DNA of 54,181 bases from Chromera velia (taxonomy: Eukaryota): NCBI GenBank assembly GCA_018398765.1, contig JAHBMJ010000162.1, positions 1 to 54,181 on the forward strand. Direction: 5' to 3'. A program made the translations under genes and the position numbers. Shown here piece by piece: positions 38,825-51,884 of the stretch. Numbering within the stretch: position 1 is the stretch's first letter; every line of letters starts with the position of its first letter. The notes under the pieces were generated by a model that saw only the letters and a list, made by a program, of their open reading frames with translations, did no database searches and was not told the origin of the DNA.

Positions 38825-41800
38825 CTAATTATATGATTGAAAGGTTTGGTTCGCACTCAGAGCTACTATTGATACGTGATACACCCAACTAGTTGGGTAA
38901 GTGCCTTGGGGGGCATCATGCAGTGGTTTAAGTTAATCACGTGTCTCGACCGTGCATATTTATGCAAGTGCGTGCTCTCTCAGGGCCCCCGGGCTGGGCT
39001 GAGCTGCCCTCTAAGGCGAAATGTATATTGACTTACCTTAATTCCACGAATTAACCAAGTGCATAGTGACATCGATCTTCCCCCTAAAAAATAGAGTGAT
39101 CACACGATATCAGGGCCTCTCGGCTGATTTCAGCAAAGCTGAGCTGCCCCCCGAGGCGATGCACATACCCTGGCAGGGCTTTAGATCAATCAGCTGGTTT
39201 TGATACATTATACTTCACCATTAGTCGCCGTCTGTCGACTACAAAGGTGTAGATTACAGTGTTATTACACCACAGAGGGAATACCTAAGTCCCGATAAAG
39301 TGTTAGCACTACGTACCACCATAGCCTACTTCTGGTGAGAGGAGGTCCTCCTTTGATAGCGGCTGCAGTGTGTTTGTGTGGTTAGTCCAAGTCGTTTCCT
39401 GTAGTACTACCGTTCTGGGTGATACCTCGGATGAAGTGCAAAGGTGACGGCCTTGGCTGAAGATCTTCGGCACCCTATGGAAAGTATATGATGCCCTTGG
39501 GGTCCGTGCAGGGCAGGGGTCAAGGGACACCTCACGGACCTGGAGCTTGTAGGTGGCCACGTAGTAGAGGACTGCGGTTGGGTGTGTGTGGAAGGGGGAA
39601 GGAGTGTATGTAACATTGCGGGGGACTATTATGAGTGCCGTGGAGTGGTGAATAATGTGTGGAGTGATGGTGTGTCCTCCTTTATGATGATAATATACCA
39701 TTCAATTTGTTCCAAGGGGGGGCCAGAGCAGTATAGAGGTCAAGCTACTGTGTGTTTCTGGTGGAAGTGTTTTCTATCCAGAGGTGTCAGCTACCGAGAT
39801 AGCTGTTGCCTGGCTAGTCTTCGGCTTTCGAAAGATATCGTTCTATTGTCCTATTCCTTTTACCTCCGTGTGTCACCATCTTAGGAGACAGGAGAGGTGT
39901 GGAGGCGTAAGGTGGAGTAGTGTGCAAGGGTAGGCTACTAGGGTTCAGTTTGGGTAAAGAGGTCTTATGGAGGGTTCAAGAGTTCTTGTGGAGAGAGCAG
40001 CGGCGTGCGTTCCCCTGGTCTTCAGAGTGTGGCTGAGCCAGTAGGTGCTAAATCAGATACGAGGTGTCTGCCTAGTGTTACAATCAGTTTAGAGGAGTGC
40101 AAGCTAGAGTGTACTGTGTTGTGACTTGTTGTTGAGTCTGCCATTTGAGGTCAAGTGGTGCTTATACAGAGGTCTGTGGGTTGAGGTGGGGTATATGTAA
40201 AAATATGAATTTTGATTCACCAGAAAATTATTTTTCATGCAGGGATAGGGTTCGCTATATAGTTGTACACGGTGCGGTGTGGGTCAATCAGCAATGATTC
40301 ACTACTGCTTGAGAGGAGCGGAGGAGGTAAGAGAGGGGTAGGAAGAGAGTTGTGAGTTTATTGGATAGGTGGAAGGGTCGGTGTGAGTGGTGTACATGGG
40401 TTGAATTTGTCCCATAATGATTTACGGCTGCGCGTGCGGCGCCAGGATATGATACACGGCTAGGCCTCTAGTTGCTTGGGCAGGTCATCGCCACGATAGG
40501 GTGGGATGACTTGGGTGCTTTCCCACCCTTCTAGTGTAGACGCATGTTCATCTATATTTCTGAGGTCATATATAGTGGCAAGGAGGGTCTCAGTTTCTTC
40601 GAGTGCACATTGTTGCTGTTCTTGGGAGTGGGCAGGGGGGAGGCCTGGTCTTGGGGCGGTGTGTTTTTTCTGTGACTTCGTAAAAAGGTTGGCAAACATG
40701 TCGAGGGCAGCCTATCGAAGGTTAGTCTCAACTTTGAGTTGTTCAGCGTATGCAGCTTACTATTTGGCCATATGGAGTTGTTGTATGGTCGAGGATGAGC
40801 CAAACAGTTGCAGTGCTAGCTGGATGTGTCTCCGCAGAATGGCCTGGCCAGGCGGTAGAGTAGTGGATGGTGGTAGAGAGGTCTTGTAGTAGCTTCTGCC
40901 TGCGGACTCTGACCGCGATCACTCGTTCAATAAGAGTGAGGCGTTTGTCTAGCATATGGTCATGGAAGGTAAGCACTGGCGTTTCCACTCCCCGGGGAGT
41001 GATTCGGGACTGGGTGGTAATCCAGTCCATAGCCTCAGAGCACCAGGTATCAAAACTGTCCGTTGCAAGGAGGAGAAGAGTGTAGTTGTGTCTCTTGATG
41101 ATGTGGTGAATATAATGATCATATTTTATATGTTTGAGGTGTGCTCCAACTTCCGCCCGGAGGCCTCTTTCGTTGGCCATTCTGGACAGGGCTCTGTCAG
41201 ATTGGCTGGACAGGAAAGAGGTAACGATCGTAACATCAAACAGTATTGTCCTACTATAGCTGAAGTGGATAATCAGGTCCATTCGGGAATTTTGGGGGGC
41301 TTTATGAAGCTCGAGATGCCGGGAGAGAACTTCCTTGTGGGCTACTAGCTCAGTGGCGCGCGCATGAGTAAGGAAAGGTTGTAATGTTACGTCATATCTC
41401 CATGTTCGTTCGGGTCCGGTAATGCAAGCCTCTAGATGGTATCCGTATGGGTCCAAAAATTTTTGGCAGGGCTTTTTCGGTTGTGAGATGTGCGGGGGGC
41501 AGGGGGGATCGTGGAGGGCATGTACGGGGTTAGGGGGCGGTGGTACGTGCGGGAACCCTTCTTCACTATTTGGGTGGGGGGCTTNCTGGCGTTTCCACTC
41601 CCCGGGGAGTGATTCGGGACTGGGTGGTAATCCAGTCCATAGCCTCAGAGCACCAGGTATCAAAACTGTCCGTTGCAAGGAGGAGAAGAGTGTAGTTGTG
41701 TCTCTTGATGATGTGGTGAATATAATGATCATATTTTATATGTTTGAGGTGTGCTCCAACTTCCGCCCGGAGGCCTCTTTCGTTGGCCATTCTGGACAGG

Positions 41801-43476
41801 GCTCTGTCAGATTGGCTGGACAGGAAAGAGGTAACGATCGTAACATCAAACAGTATTGTCCTACTATAGCTGAAGTGGATAATCAGGTCCATTCGGGAAT
41901 TTTGGGGGGCTTTATGAAGCTCGAGATGCCGGGAGAGAACTTCCTTGTGGGCTACTAGCTCAGTGGCGCGCGCATGAGTAAGGAAAGGTTGTAATGTTAC
42001 GTCATATCTCCATGTTCGTTCGGGTCCGGTAATGCAAGCCTCTAGATGGTATCCGTATGGGTCCAAAAATTTTTGGCAGGGCTTTTTCGGTTGTGAGATG
42101 TGCGGGGGGCAGGGGGGATCGTGGAGGGCATGTACGGGGTTAGGGGGCGGTGGTACGTGCGGGAACCCTTCTTCACTATTTGGGTGGGGGGCTTCGTTGG
42201 GGGGGGGGTGGGGATTCGTTGTAGGGGGGTGGGATGGGTGCTTCGGGGGGCGGCCCCTTGCACGTTTAACAGGGGGGGGAGGAGGGTTGTCCATTGTGAA
42301 GGTCTGTGGTTATGCGTCTGCGTTGTGTCAGGTAGGGGCCTCCATGTTGGAGGCCTCCTTGTCGTCTTCGTTACGGAGGTCAGACTCTGCCAGACTGCCC
42401 TAGCTACCAGAAGTTCACTGACAGCTAGGCGTGCCACGTTATCGGGTAATACCAGAAAACCGAAGTGGATGTGGAGTTCTTCTCTTATGTCTCCTTCCTA
42501 AGTCTCCCTCTAGAGATTCAAGTTCCGCTTCGCGGCATGCTGGGCAGGTGTGTGGAGGATCCGTAACGTCTGTGATGACATCTATTCATGGTATGGGGAG
42601 TCCGAGGGTACGGCAGTGTACTATCTCCTACTGGGTGGATGTGGTAAATCGTATGACTTGGAGCTGAAATTAGCTGAGGGGCATGGCTGATATGTGCACG
42701 TTAGCTCCTTCGGATGATAGAGCTAGTATGCGGGTGGCATATCGTTGTGCTTCCCGCCACAGCAGTATGCCTACTGTCCCTGTACGGAAGAGGCGAACCA
42801 TTATCGTGGTAAAGCTTGCGATATATGTCTATCTGGTGAACACCTGCTGTAGTTTAGGTTTTATAATCCATATGCCACTGGGGAGTTGTATGTGGGCAAG
42901 TCAGGTCCGGGGAAAGGATTTGTCCGATGTTGGATGGGAGGATCATAGCGATGGAAAAGGAGTCCTGGAGGTATTTGAGTGGTTTTTTTGCAGGGGCGGG
43001 GGGATGGGTAGGGGCATTAAGGTATGTTGAGGCTTTTTCCTTGGCTAGTGCTCTGCCCATGAGCCATTGTTGCATGTTGAATGTTGTGTCTTGTTTGGTA
43101 AAGGGTATGATGGTAACAGGAGTGGGAGAGCTGTTGTGCAGATATATGAGGAGGAGGAAAAGGTGACGTAGAAGATCTTTGTTAGGAACGGGGCAACCTG
43201 CAGTATTCTTCCATCCATTCTTCTCCCATTGCTGCCCAAGTGTGGGGTGGAGGTCATGTAGGGTAGGGGAGCTGGTGATAATTTAGAGGGGAGTATCAAT
43301 GCTGGCGTCCTGATGTTGATAAATTGTCTAGATGGCCGTATAAGTAATCGCTCTATCGTAGGAAATCCCCTCATTGGGGCCTGTGGGGAGGAAGAAGGTG
43401 ATATTGAGTGGGTGGTCGGGTGTCTAGACTATCGCTATGGTAGCCAAGGGCGCCCGTTTAAAAGCCTCTCCACTTC
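38825..43476 (-). mobile_element. 5'-truncated CRE-like non-LTR retrotransposon (post-RT region, CCHC, PD-(D/E)xK restriction-like endonuclease, long 3' region), element 1
   Basis: CQKFLDPYGYHLEAC, RY(H)D, RMDLII, LFDVTIV, KHIKY, ATDSFDTW; upstream RILALSSEGA..TLGLPI; 3' end abuts a poly(A)-like tract; no RT core found. Confidence 0.82.
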
Positions 43477-43597
43477 GAATTCGTCTGGGGTCAAAATCTG
43501 ATCTAGGGTCAGATGCATGTGCATCTAGGTGTAATTTTTAAAAAACAAACAAAAAAATTTGGTCATTTTAAAATTCACTTTTTTTTTTTTTTGTTTT
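43477..43597 (+). repeat. Right copy of the ~119-bp direct repeat (candidate TSD)
   Basis: Aligns to 38706-38824 with mostly transition differences and small indels. Confidence 0.85.
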
Positions 43598-46164
43598 CAT
43601 ATAAGAAATATGTGGTTTCCCAGTGTTTTTGCATCCCCACCATGGTTGTGAAAACAAAAACAAAAAAAAAAAAAGGGTCCGGGGAGCGTTTTTTTTTACT
43701 TTTTTTTTTTGTTTGAAAATTAGCCCTAGATATACACCTGTTTCAGGGAGATATAGCATTTATCAAACAACTTAGTCTAGAAATTAGTATGGATTCAAAA
43801 CTAGATTGAAAGTAATAAAAAAATCGGTCATCCAAGCGGTCATAAGTTGTGACTCATAACGGAATCGAACAGAATCTGATTAATCAATGCATTCAAGTTT
43901 AAAATTGTAAATTAATTTAAAAATAACCTCAAAACTAGCCCCATCGCTGCCCCAATATATACGCTAGGATATGCACTGAACTATGTAAGAACTCGGACTA
44001 ACTCGGACTATAGATCTCGAAACTAGACTCAGAACCTAGGTGTAGAGCATGGTGAATAAAACAAAAAATTAATAAATAAAATATGTTGGAAAGGGTAATA
44101 AATTAAATTTAATTTGTTTTATTTGGTCTTTCAGGGGGGGGAGAATTGACGATTCCGAGCATCAAACAACATGAAAACCCTACCAAAAATTAAAACTATT
44201 TTTTTACTATTTTCTAAGCCCAAAATTAGTTAAATATATATATATATATATATATATATACATGTTACGATGGTGCAAGACAATGATTCCTGTACGGCTC
44301 ATTGGCAGCTGCAGCTGAGCTGCTAGGCTACTGCATTTTTGCATAGATTTTTGTATGGAATTAATAAGGTTTTCTGAGACTGTTTTGGGTCAGGGACCTC
44401 GAGTTGGGTCGGACACCCCCCCCCCCCCNNNNNNNNNNNCCCCCCCCGAGGTTCAGAAGTCCGCACTTCTGAACCTTGGGCAAGGGGGGTCAAACCCCTC
44501 CGCCGCCAGGTCCAGACATGGGCTAATCGTGGGTCCGGGAGGCGCCGCCATGGGGCGAGAGGGGGTGGCGGCACCCTGCTCCTTCGACGCACGCAGCCGA
44601 CTTTGCCTCTGTCGGCCAATAATCGGGTCTGAAGTCTCTTGTCTGTCTTGAAGGTCCACAGGTTCAAAACTGTGGAGTCCTGAACCTCTGAGCAAACAGA
44701 CTTTTCCCACAGAAATGTTGCTAGAAAAAGCGCTCTGTCAGATGTTTTCTGACAGTTTTTGAAGATGTCTGACAGAGCGTTTTCTCGGTTTTGACTTTTT
44801 TTTTGGGAGTGCACTTTCGGGGCTCTGGAGGAGACGGCTGTAACAACAGTTGCTAGGATATCTTCGGTCAGCACGAAGTGGAGCTTGCAGGTGAGTCCAG
44901 TGGACACCAGCCGTCTTGATCTTATTTCCAACGTCTTTCTGCTTGCTGTTGCTCCTCCTGTTCAAGCGGAGAAGGGCTGCCGGCCTTATTTAGGTGTTAA
45001 AGTACTGCTGCCCTCATCGCTCTCCTTACTCTTTCCTTGCAGGTCACAGTCTTGGAAGCCCCGGGGTCAACCCCCAGGTCAGCCTGTCCAGACCCACTGC
45101 TTCTTAGGCTCTTGGTCTTTTCTTTGGGACCTTGTATACGCAAAATAAGCTAGACAGAAGTGCTTCCTTGACTGCACAAAGCGTGAACGCCTGTCCCTCC
45201 ATGTTTGCAGGTGTTGGTGGACGGAGACTTGAAGACACCTCCAGGTCAGTTAAGGAAGCGCGGCTCGGTCTCTCGCTTTGCATGATGATTTGCTTAGTAT
45301 CCAGCTTCTTTGTTCTGCTAGGAGTTTGACAGAAACGCAAAAGGGAGGTCACTGAGAGAGGGTCGATGGAGAGTCTGCTGGAGCCTCCATTTTTTGACCG
45401 CCTCTTCTGAAGCTTTGCACAGCTCTCAGTCCTGCCAGATATTTTTCCACCCAGAACAATCGCTCAGCTTTCATGCATTTGAATGTCTTCCACTTGCTCC
45501 GTGTGTGTTAGTCCTTGAAAGCGGTCCATACTATCCCGACGCAAATGCTCCTTACTCGTTCATCCTTTCTCATTTGTGACACTCTGTACTAGTCTCCCTC
45601 TAAACATCTGGATCTACCTACGGACCTGTCCTTCTTTTTCATAGTTTCTCATTGACATACGCAGAACGAGTTGCAAGCTTTTGCGCCATGTAGTGTGAGT
45701 TCTTTGTGAATAGCATTATGTTGTCTCTGTACTATGTTCTTCGGAATCCTCTCCGACCCCTGCTGACCGCCTCCTGTCCGGTCTGACCAGCCTAGCTGTG
45801 AAATCCTCCTTCCTGCACTGTTTCCCTTGCAGAAGAAGCAATTCTTTGTAGTTGATTGGCGGCGCTAAACGTTGCTTTTAAGCATATCCATTAGTGTTGT
45901 GCCTGTGTATTTCTTTGCAGGTAACATTCATTAACTTCTACGTGCCGCGGTGATCGTAATTTTTCCCACCATGCACCCTAGCTAATCAACCAGTCTTTTG
46001 AGCACATTTGAGCAGATTTGCACAAGAGTAACGATTTTAAATGCTTTAAAAGACTCTAGATTGCTTTAAGTAACCTAGTTTTACTTTATAATGAAGCCAG
46101 AATATAGTAAATTTAAAAGTCACTTTGGATTCCACTAAGTCCTACTTAAGAGTCCACTCTGTTT

Positions 46165-47971
46165 ATGGTACTAAAAGAAGAGAAAGCACAGCCATTTTTG
46201 GGTCTGGTTCTTCCCTCAAACTGCGACCTCGACGTAATGATGGCAGACAGAGCAGTAAGAGCAGAGAGATACATGCAAAGATTGATAGGAAAGTTGGCCA
46301 GAGAGCCAGCCATACCGCCTGCAGAATGTTTTCATTTGTTTAATCAGATGGTGCGTGTAGTGTGGATGTATAGATGCGAGATACATCCATGCATAGACAG
46401 GGCTTGTGCAGAATTCGACGAAAAACAAAGACGCTTTGTGAGGTGGGTCTTAGGGCTAAGGAAGACAGAAAGCGCAGACACTACATTGATGGAGAGGGGG
46501 ATGTTTCCAATTGACATTGAAGTGGCAGAGAGGACGATCAGATGGGCAAAAAAGACACTAAAAGAAAAGAGGAAGGGGGCGATTGGGCAGGCTGTCATTC
46601 ATTACTTGAGAAGAGGAGTAGAGGATGAACTGAAAAGGGGAAGAAGAACAGAGTTGCACCCCTTTCACTTCTTTCTGTATTTGAAGAAATGCACACAGAC
46701 ACTATTCACAGAGAGAGGCCTTCATCCTTTTTTAAAAGAGAAGCTCGCAGGCCAGCCACTGGCAGGAGAAATAGGGACACACGCAATGAATGAAAGAGTA
46801 TAGATAGGATGGAAAGATGGATTGTAAGCAAGACAGATAAAGAAATAAAAGAGAGGAAGAAAGAAATCTTCAGGTAGAGAATTGAAAGGGGAGTGCGGGG
46901 GAGTGAGAAAGAGAGATAGAAGAGAGAGAGAAAAAGGAAAAAAAATTTATATGGCACACATACACTAAATAAAAGCAAACGGAAACAGATTATAGCTTAT
47001 TTTGTTTGAAAAGGCGTCAGAAGAAAGACCAAGAGAGGGAATGAAAATAGAGAAAGAAAAACTGGGACGGGTGTCCTTTTGTTATGGAAGGGTAGCACCA
47101 AGAGGAGAACACAGAAGGAGAGCAGCCTGTAGAGTAGGAGACAGGACGTTAGCGGGAATAAAAGGAAAAGTACCAGAAAGAGGAGGGCAGAGAGTGCCGT
47201 TGGAGGAGAGACTCTGCCCTTTTTGCAAAAGATGGATAGAAACAGAGGTGTTGGAGGACGAGATCCATATGCTGACTGAGTGTTCGATTTATGATAGAGA
47301 AAGAGCGCACATGTATAAAACATTAGGAGCAGACTGGAACAAGGGAAGAGAAAAGACAGCAAGAGAAGTTTACAGAGAGAAAAAAGAAAGACAAAGAGGA
47401 AGACTGCACAGTGGGGCTCTGTTCAAATTCTTGATGAACGAAGGGCATAGTGCGGTAGATGAGTTTCTAGAGAGGGCGGCGTTCAGAAGAAGAGTATTCA
47501 AGGAAAGCTCAGGAACGTACGCACCTGGAAGCTCGTAAGATGAAACAGTGCTGGCACAGAAACACGGAATGATCACAAAAAGAAAGGGAGGAACGGAAAG
47601 AAGAAAAAAAAAATATAAGACCATCCTGGAAGCAATGGAAGCAGGAAGACAGCTGAGGGAGGGAGAAGGAGAAATCGCTGAGAGAAGAATGAAGAGAGGG
47701 CGTGCACAAAGCCAAAGTGTCCTTTTATCCTGTGTCATTAGATCAATTTTTGGAGCAGTCCCTTCTGAGCAGCCCATAGACCAAAGTATGCAAAACGGAG
47801 ACAGATTGTTGTTTGTTAGCGGCCTGGGAAACCAGGTGGGCCACGGGGTATGGTCTAAGCCTCAGCGATGAGGTACACCCCCCTGTCGTTTACGGGGGCG
47901 ACCTCTATAAGACAAAACGGCCGCGTTTAACGGTGATAGTGCTCTAGGGCACCACTAATCACTAATCACTA
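46165..47971 (+). mobile_element. 5'-truncated LINE (RT C-terminus + CCHC zinc finger, no RLE; probably an APE-type clade) with 3' UTR and heptamer tail
   Basis: PFLGLVL, MYRCEI (YGCE-like), QRRFVRWVLGL, ERGMFPI, RLCPFC..EDEIHMLTECSIY; stops at 46801 and beyond; ends GTGCTCTAGGGCAC-(CACTAAT)n. Confidence 0.85.
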
Positions 47972-50322
47972 CTCACTAATCCTCCGGATATAAATCTTAA
48001 TCCTAATCCTATTAAATCCTAACAAACCGTTAAGCGTCAGCGGTCGGAGCACACTGCTTCGACGCCGAATTGGCGGGCCCCGAGGGCGGGGTCTGATACC
48101 TTAGCCTAGCTGAGGAACGCCCTGCCCTGCTAGCTGTGGAAACAGAGTGACATAGCGCCGATGATAGCGGGAAGGCCTAGTGCAGATTTGAGTGCAGAAC
48201 CTAACAATTAATCAATCAGTCAATCAGTTATATAAAACCCAATTTTAATTTTATATGCTCCAGACATTAATCCTATCCTATCCTATATAGAGCATCAGGC
48301 TATAATTTCAACAACATAGTGCTATGTATGTTATGTCATACTAACAACTTGTAAAAGAAACTTAGCAAGAGGCTGTATACATGACTGCTCGGAGTCTGCT
48401 CTAAAGATAGATTTTTCAAAGATACACGTTCTAGCACACGTTGCATTTCACGATCGATGGCGATGATGCAGCGCCGTAGGGCAGCGCGAAGAGAAATGAC
48501 GACCGAATGAACCCCCTGACTTCCGTGCATGGACATGCACTCTTACGACAGGAAGCCTTTGGCTAGCAGGAAACGAGTCGGATTCTTTGCAGGCACCCAC
48601 CCACAAGAGACCTCAGCTGTCGCGGGTGGGCAGAGGTCGTTCGAAAGGGCGGGACGAAATCGTTTTGAAAGGACAAAGGTAAGTCCACAGGTCGTTCGGT
48701 CGGTCAGGTTGTGGTGGTTTAAGTAGGTTGATTACCAGGTGTTGTCAGTCTGACTACTGATCGAACGGAGGAATCCCAAAGCTGCACGAGATGTCTCTCC
48801 AAGGACTTACACAGAGTTGCAAGCCGGCTAAAGGAGAAAAGAGGAAAAACTCTCTTCCTTCAAAGGTAATCCTTCCGTTCGATCGATCGAGCCACACACG
48901 AAGGTGTGGACACTGACAGAAGAGGGACGGCGTGTAATACTTTTCGTAGGTTTCTTCCACTCACAAACTGACAGATGTCAGACAGACAAGCAAAAGAGAA
49001 ACAAGGTCATCGACAGAAGGTAAGGAAAGAAGCAGTCGGGTAAGCAAGAAAGTAAGGACTTCAGTCGGTCAGCCTGCCCGTTTCTCGCACAACCTTTTCT
49101 CAATCCAAACCCATCCCTATACCTCCCCCCCCCCCCCNNNNNNNNNNNNNNNNNNNNNNNNNNNNNNNNNNNNNNNNNNNNNNNNNNNNNNNNCCCCCCC
49201 CCCCCTTCCCCCTCTGTCCGTCTGCGAGTATTTCTGTTTGTGTACCTGGAAGTGCATCGAGCAAAGCCACGACCGACGGAAGGAATAAGGAAGAAGGAGA
49301 GTGTACTAGCAAAAAAGGCAAACAATGAGTGAGAATGTCGAGGAAGGCACGAAACAAAGAAAGAAAGATCGGAAGAAGATGGAAGCATGGAAGAATGTGA
49401 GAAAGGAAGAAAATTACCTTACGAAAGAAGAACGGCAAGAAAAAAGAAAGAAAGAAGCAAGCAAGGAAGGAAGGAAGAAAAGCAGAAAGTCAGTGAAAAA
49501 AAACGTCGTCTGTCGATCCGTCTGCATATTTTGCGCTTTGATCATCTTGATGCGAAGCACAAAAGAAAGACGCAACACATGGGGGAAACGAAGACCGATA
49601 TCGAAACACCGGCCCCGGCAAAAACTGAACGAGGTACGAAAAGATCCATGTACAGATCAACTAAACAAACCGCAAAATACCGACGGGTCTGCCTTCAGAC
49701 CCAACGTACGCATCCAGCCATCCTTCTACGCCCAATGCATGCATGAATCCCCCCATCCTTCCATCCCACCATCCATCCATGAAATGAAGCAGTGAGTTGA
49801 CTTCCTGAAATCGCGTTGATCACAAGTGTCATGAGGGGATACAAGGAGAGAAAATGGAAGGGAAAGCACGGTCTGCCTCTCCGTCTTCCCCCCCTCCCTC
49901 TCTGACTGACTGCCTGTCTGTCTATGGCACACTGCAGTTATGGAAGCGGAGTCCCCGTCTCCGACGGTTAGTTCAACCTGCTGTGTGTTGTGGGCTTCCT
50001 TCAACTCTCTCTGCTTCCCTCCAATCTCTCTTTCTCTTTCTGTTTTTTCTTGCTATTATGAAAAATTCAGGTTTACGCACGTACGCATGATGCCGAGCCG
50101 TTGTGGTATGATATTTTTTTCTTCAGAAAGGGACGGCCCCTCTTTCTTCCAACCGTCATTGTTTGGGTCCGTCGATCCTTCTTTCTTTCCTTCTTGTTCC
50201 TTCCATGCACCCCACCCCACATGCATGCACGTGGATGCAGGCATGCATTCTTTCAGGTCCCAAGAAGAGGATGCCTCTGGCTACCACCCCTTCCCTCTTT
50301 TTCTCCCCCCTTCGTCCTCCCT

Positions 50323-50611
50323 TCAGTCTGACACACTGATGACCTCAATCTCAAAGCACAAATCTGCGTTAGGCGGAATCCCCCAAGCAGGAAAACCGCC
50401 CTCACCGTATCCCACTGCAGTAAAGGAAGAGAGGAAACACAGAGTTGATGAAACGTTTTTCTCGAGAAAGTGTTCGAAACAACCACTTAAAAGAGAAACA
50501 ATCCTCCAAAGTTTTGTCCACAAATTCACGGAAGTCCCACGGATCCATCTGTGCACAGCCAAAGAAGGAACGGTGGCGCCTAACAACGGAACACGTGAGC
50601 GCGAACTCACA

Positions 50612-50643
<32 letters not shown>

Positions 50644-51884
50644 CACACACACGCACACACTCACACACACACACTCACACACTCACACACACACACACTC
50701 TCACAATCCCGGAGGGGAAAGACCAAGCGGCCACACAGGATGAGCATATTCTCGGAAGATCCGCTGCCCGTCTCACTCACATTCTTGACCGAACATGAAT
50801 GTTGAGCATGCATACACGACTCCTTCTCTTTAAAGGGGGGGACCCAGGTCTTCCTGACGACATCAATCTGACAAACGAAATGTGCAGGGCCCCTGTACAC
50901 CTGCAAATTCTGTTCCTAGACCCTGCGTGTCGACTAGCTGAGAGACAGCCTGACTGACTATCGCTGGGAATCATCAGCTTCGCAGCCTCCCCCTCCTTCA
51001 TCCCCAGGGCCCCCTGGTCCCACCCAGCGATGACCTGAGCGGTACACATTCAGACAAACACACAAGGAGTCATTACACGTGTATCGAACGGATCGCAAAC
51101 GGGTCTTTCTCGGGCGGGCGGGCAGGCAGGCAGGCAGAAGCAGGGGGAAGAGCAGAGCCCAACGAGGAGCCATGAGAGGAAGGACAGTCGCAGGACGGGA
51201 GAAAGGCCTGCGTGCAGAAAGGCGAAGAGAGAGCAGCGCGGTGGGCAATCCAAAGGGATGCACCGAGAAGGATGAGAAGGAGGCTTGACTACCAGAAAAC
51301 GGGGCAGCGACTAGAGGGAACAGCAGAAGAGGAGAGCACAAACGCACCTGTCCGCACCCAGCCTGGAAAGTGAAGGGCTGCTGTCCTGCATCTTTCGTGG
51401 ACCTGCACGCACCAGTGTCATGATTGGCCAGTCAGACAGACAGACAGACAGACAAAAGAACATGCAGCGGCTGTGTGCACAACACTCCGCCAAACTTCAC
51501 AAAAAGCCAACAACATAATTTTGAGGCAATCCAGAAGTGTCTTTCCTGCCCATATGTGCAGTGTCTCTTTCATCATGTTCCCGCAGCAAGAGAATCACTG
51601 CATGATTGTGACACAAACATAAGAAAAGAACAGGCGGTACTAGAAGGCCAGACGTATGACAGCCTGTACTGATGCGAAGACGAAAAAGCTCACGGATCCA
51701 TGCCGTGCACTGCATGTTCATTGCAGGCCTTTCTGTGTATCTGTCTGGCTGACCAGAACTTCGAGAGTGAGCCGTCTGCGTTCAACACCTGTCCGAGCGC
51801 ATGGCACGTGACTGTGTTTCCCTTCTCAGCCACCCTCCCAGTCCCCTCTTTCAGAGTTTCCTTCTTGAGTTTCGTTAGAGACAT
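50323..51884 (-). CDS. FKBP12: FKBP-type peptidyl-prolyl isomerase (FKBP12-like, 117 aa); exons 51754-51884, 51348-51402, 50959-51034, 50323-50414
   Basis: Spliced product MSLTKLKKETLKEGTG..VTCHALG..KFWSTKDAGQQPFTFQAGCGQVIAGWDQGALGMKEGEAAKLMIPSDMGYGEGGFPAWGIPPNADLCFEIEVISVSD; 354 nt; all introns GT-AG. Confidence 0.95.

Noticed and set aside
40976..42194. 610-bp tandem duplication of the RLE domain (40976-41584 / 41586-42194)
   Set aside because: The copies look identical and are joined by a single N within an otherwise heavily mutated element; most likely an unmerged contig overlap.
44323..45900. Minus-strand ORFs 44323-44931 and 45104-45352
   Set aside because: No recognisable motifs in the frames I translated; many stops; one ORF crosses an N gap.
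47990..48025. (TCCTAA)-like repeats suggesting interstitial telomere sequence
   Set aside because: Only a few imperfect units next to retroposon tails; better explained as tail sequence.
48110..48145. CTGAGGA..GAAAC as a possible hammerhead; also CTGATGA at 11998 and 38453
   Set aside because: No stem II closing pair or stem I/III partners in the required register.
48400..50300. ORFs downstream of FKBP, including 49940-50743
   Set aside because: Low-complexity or antisense to FKBP, interrupted by an N gap, and no coherent exon chain found.
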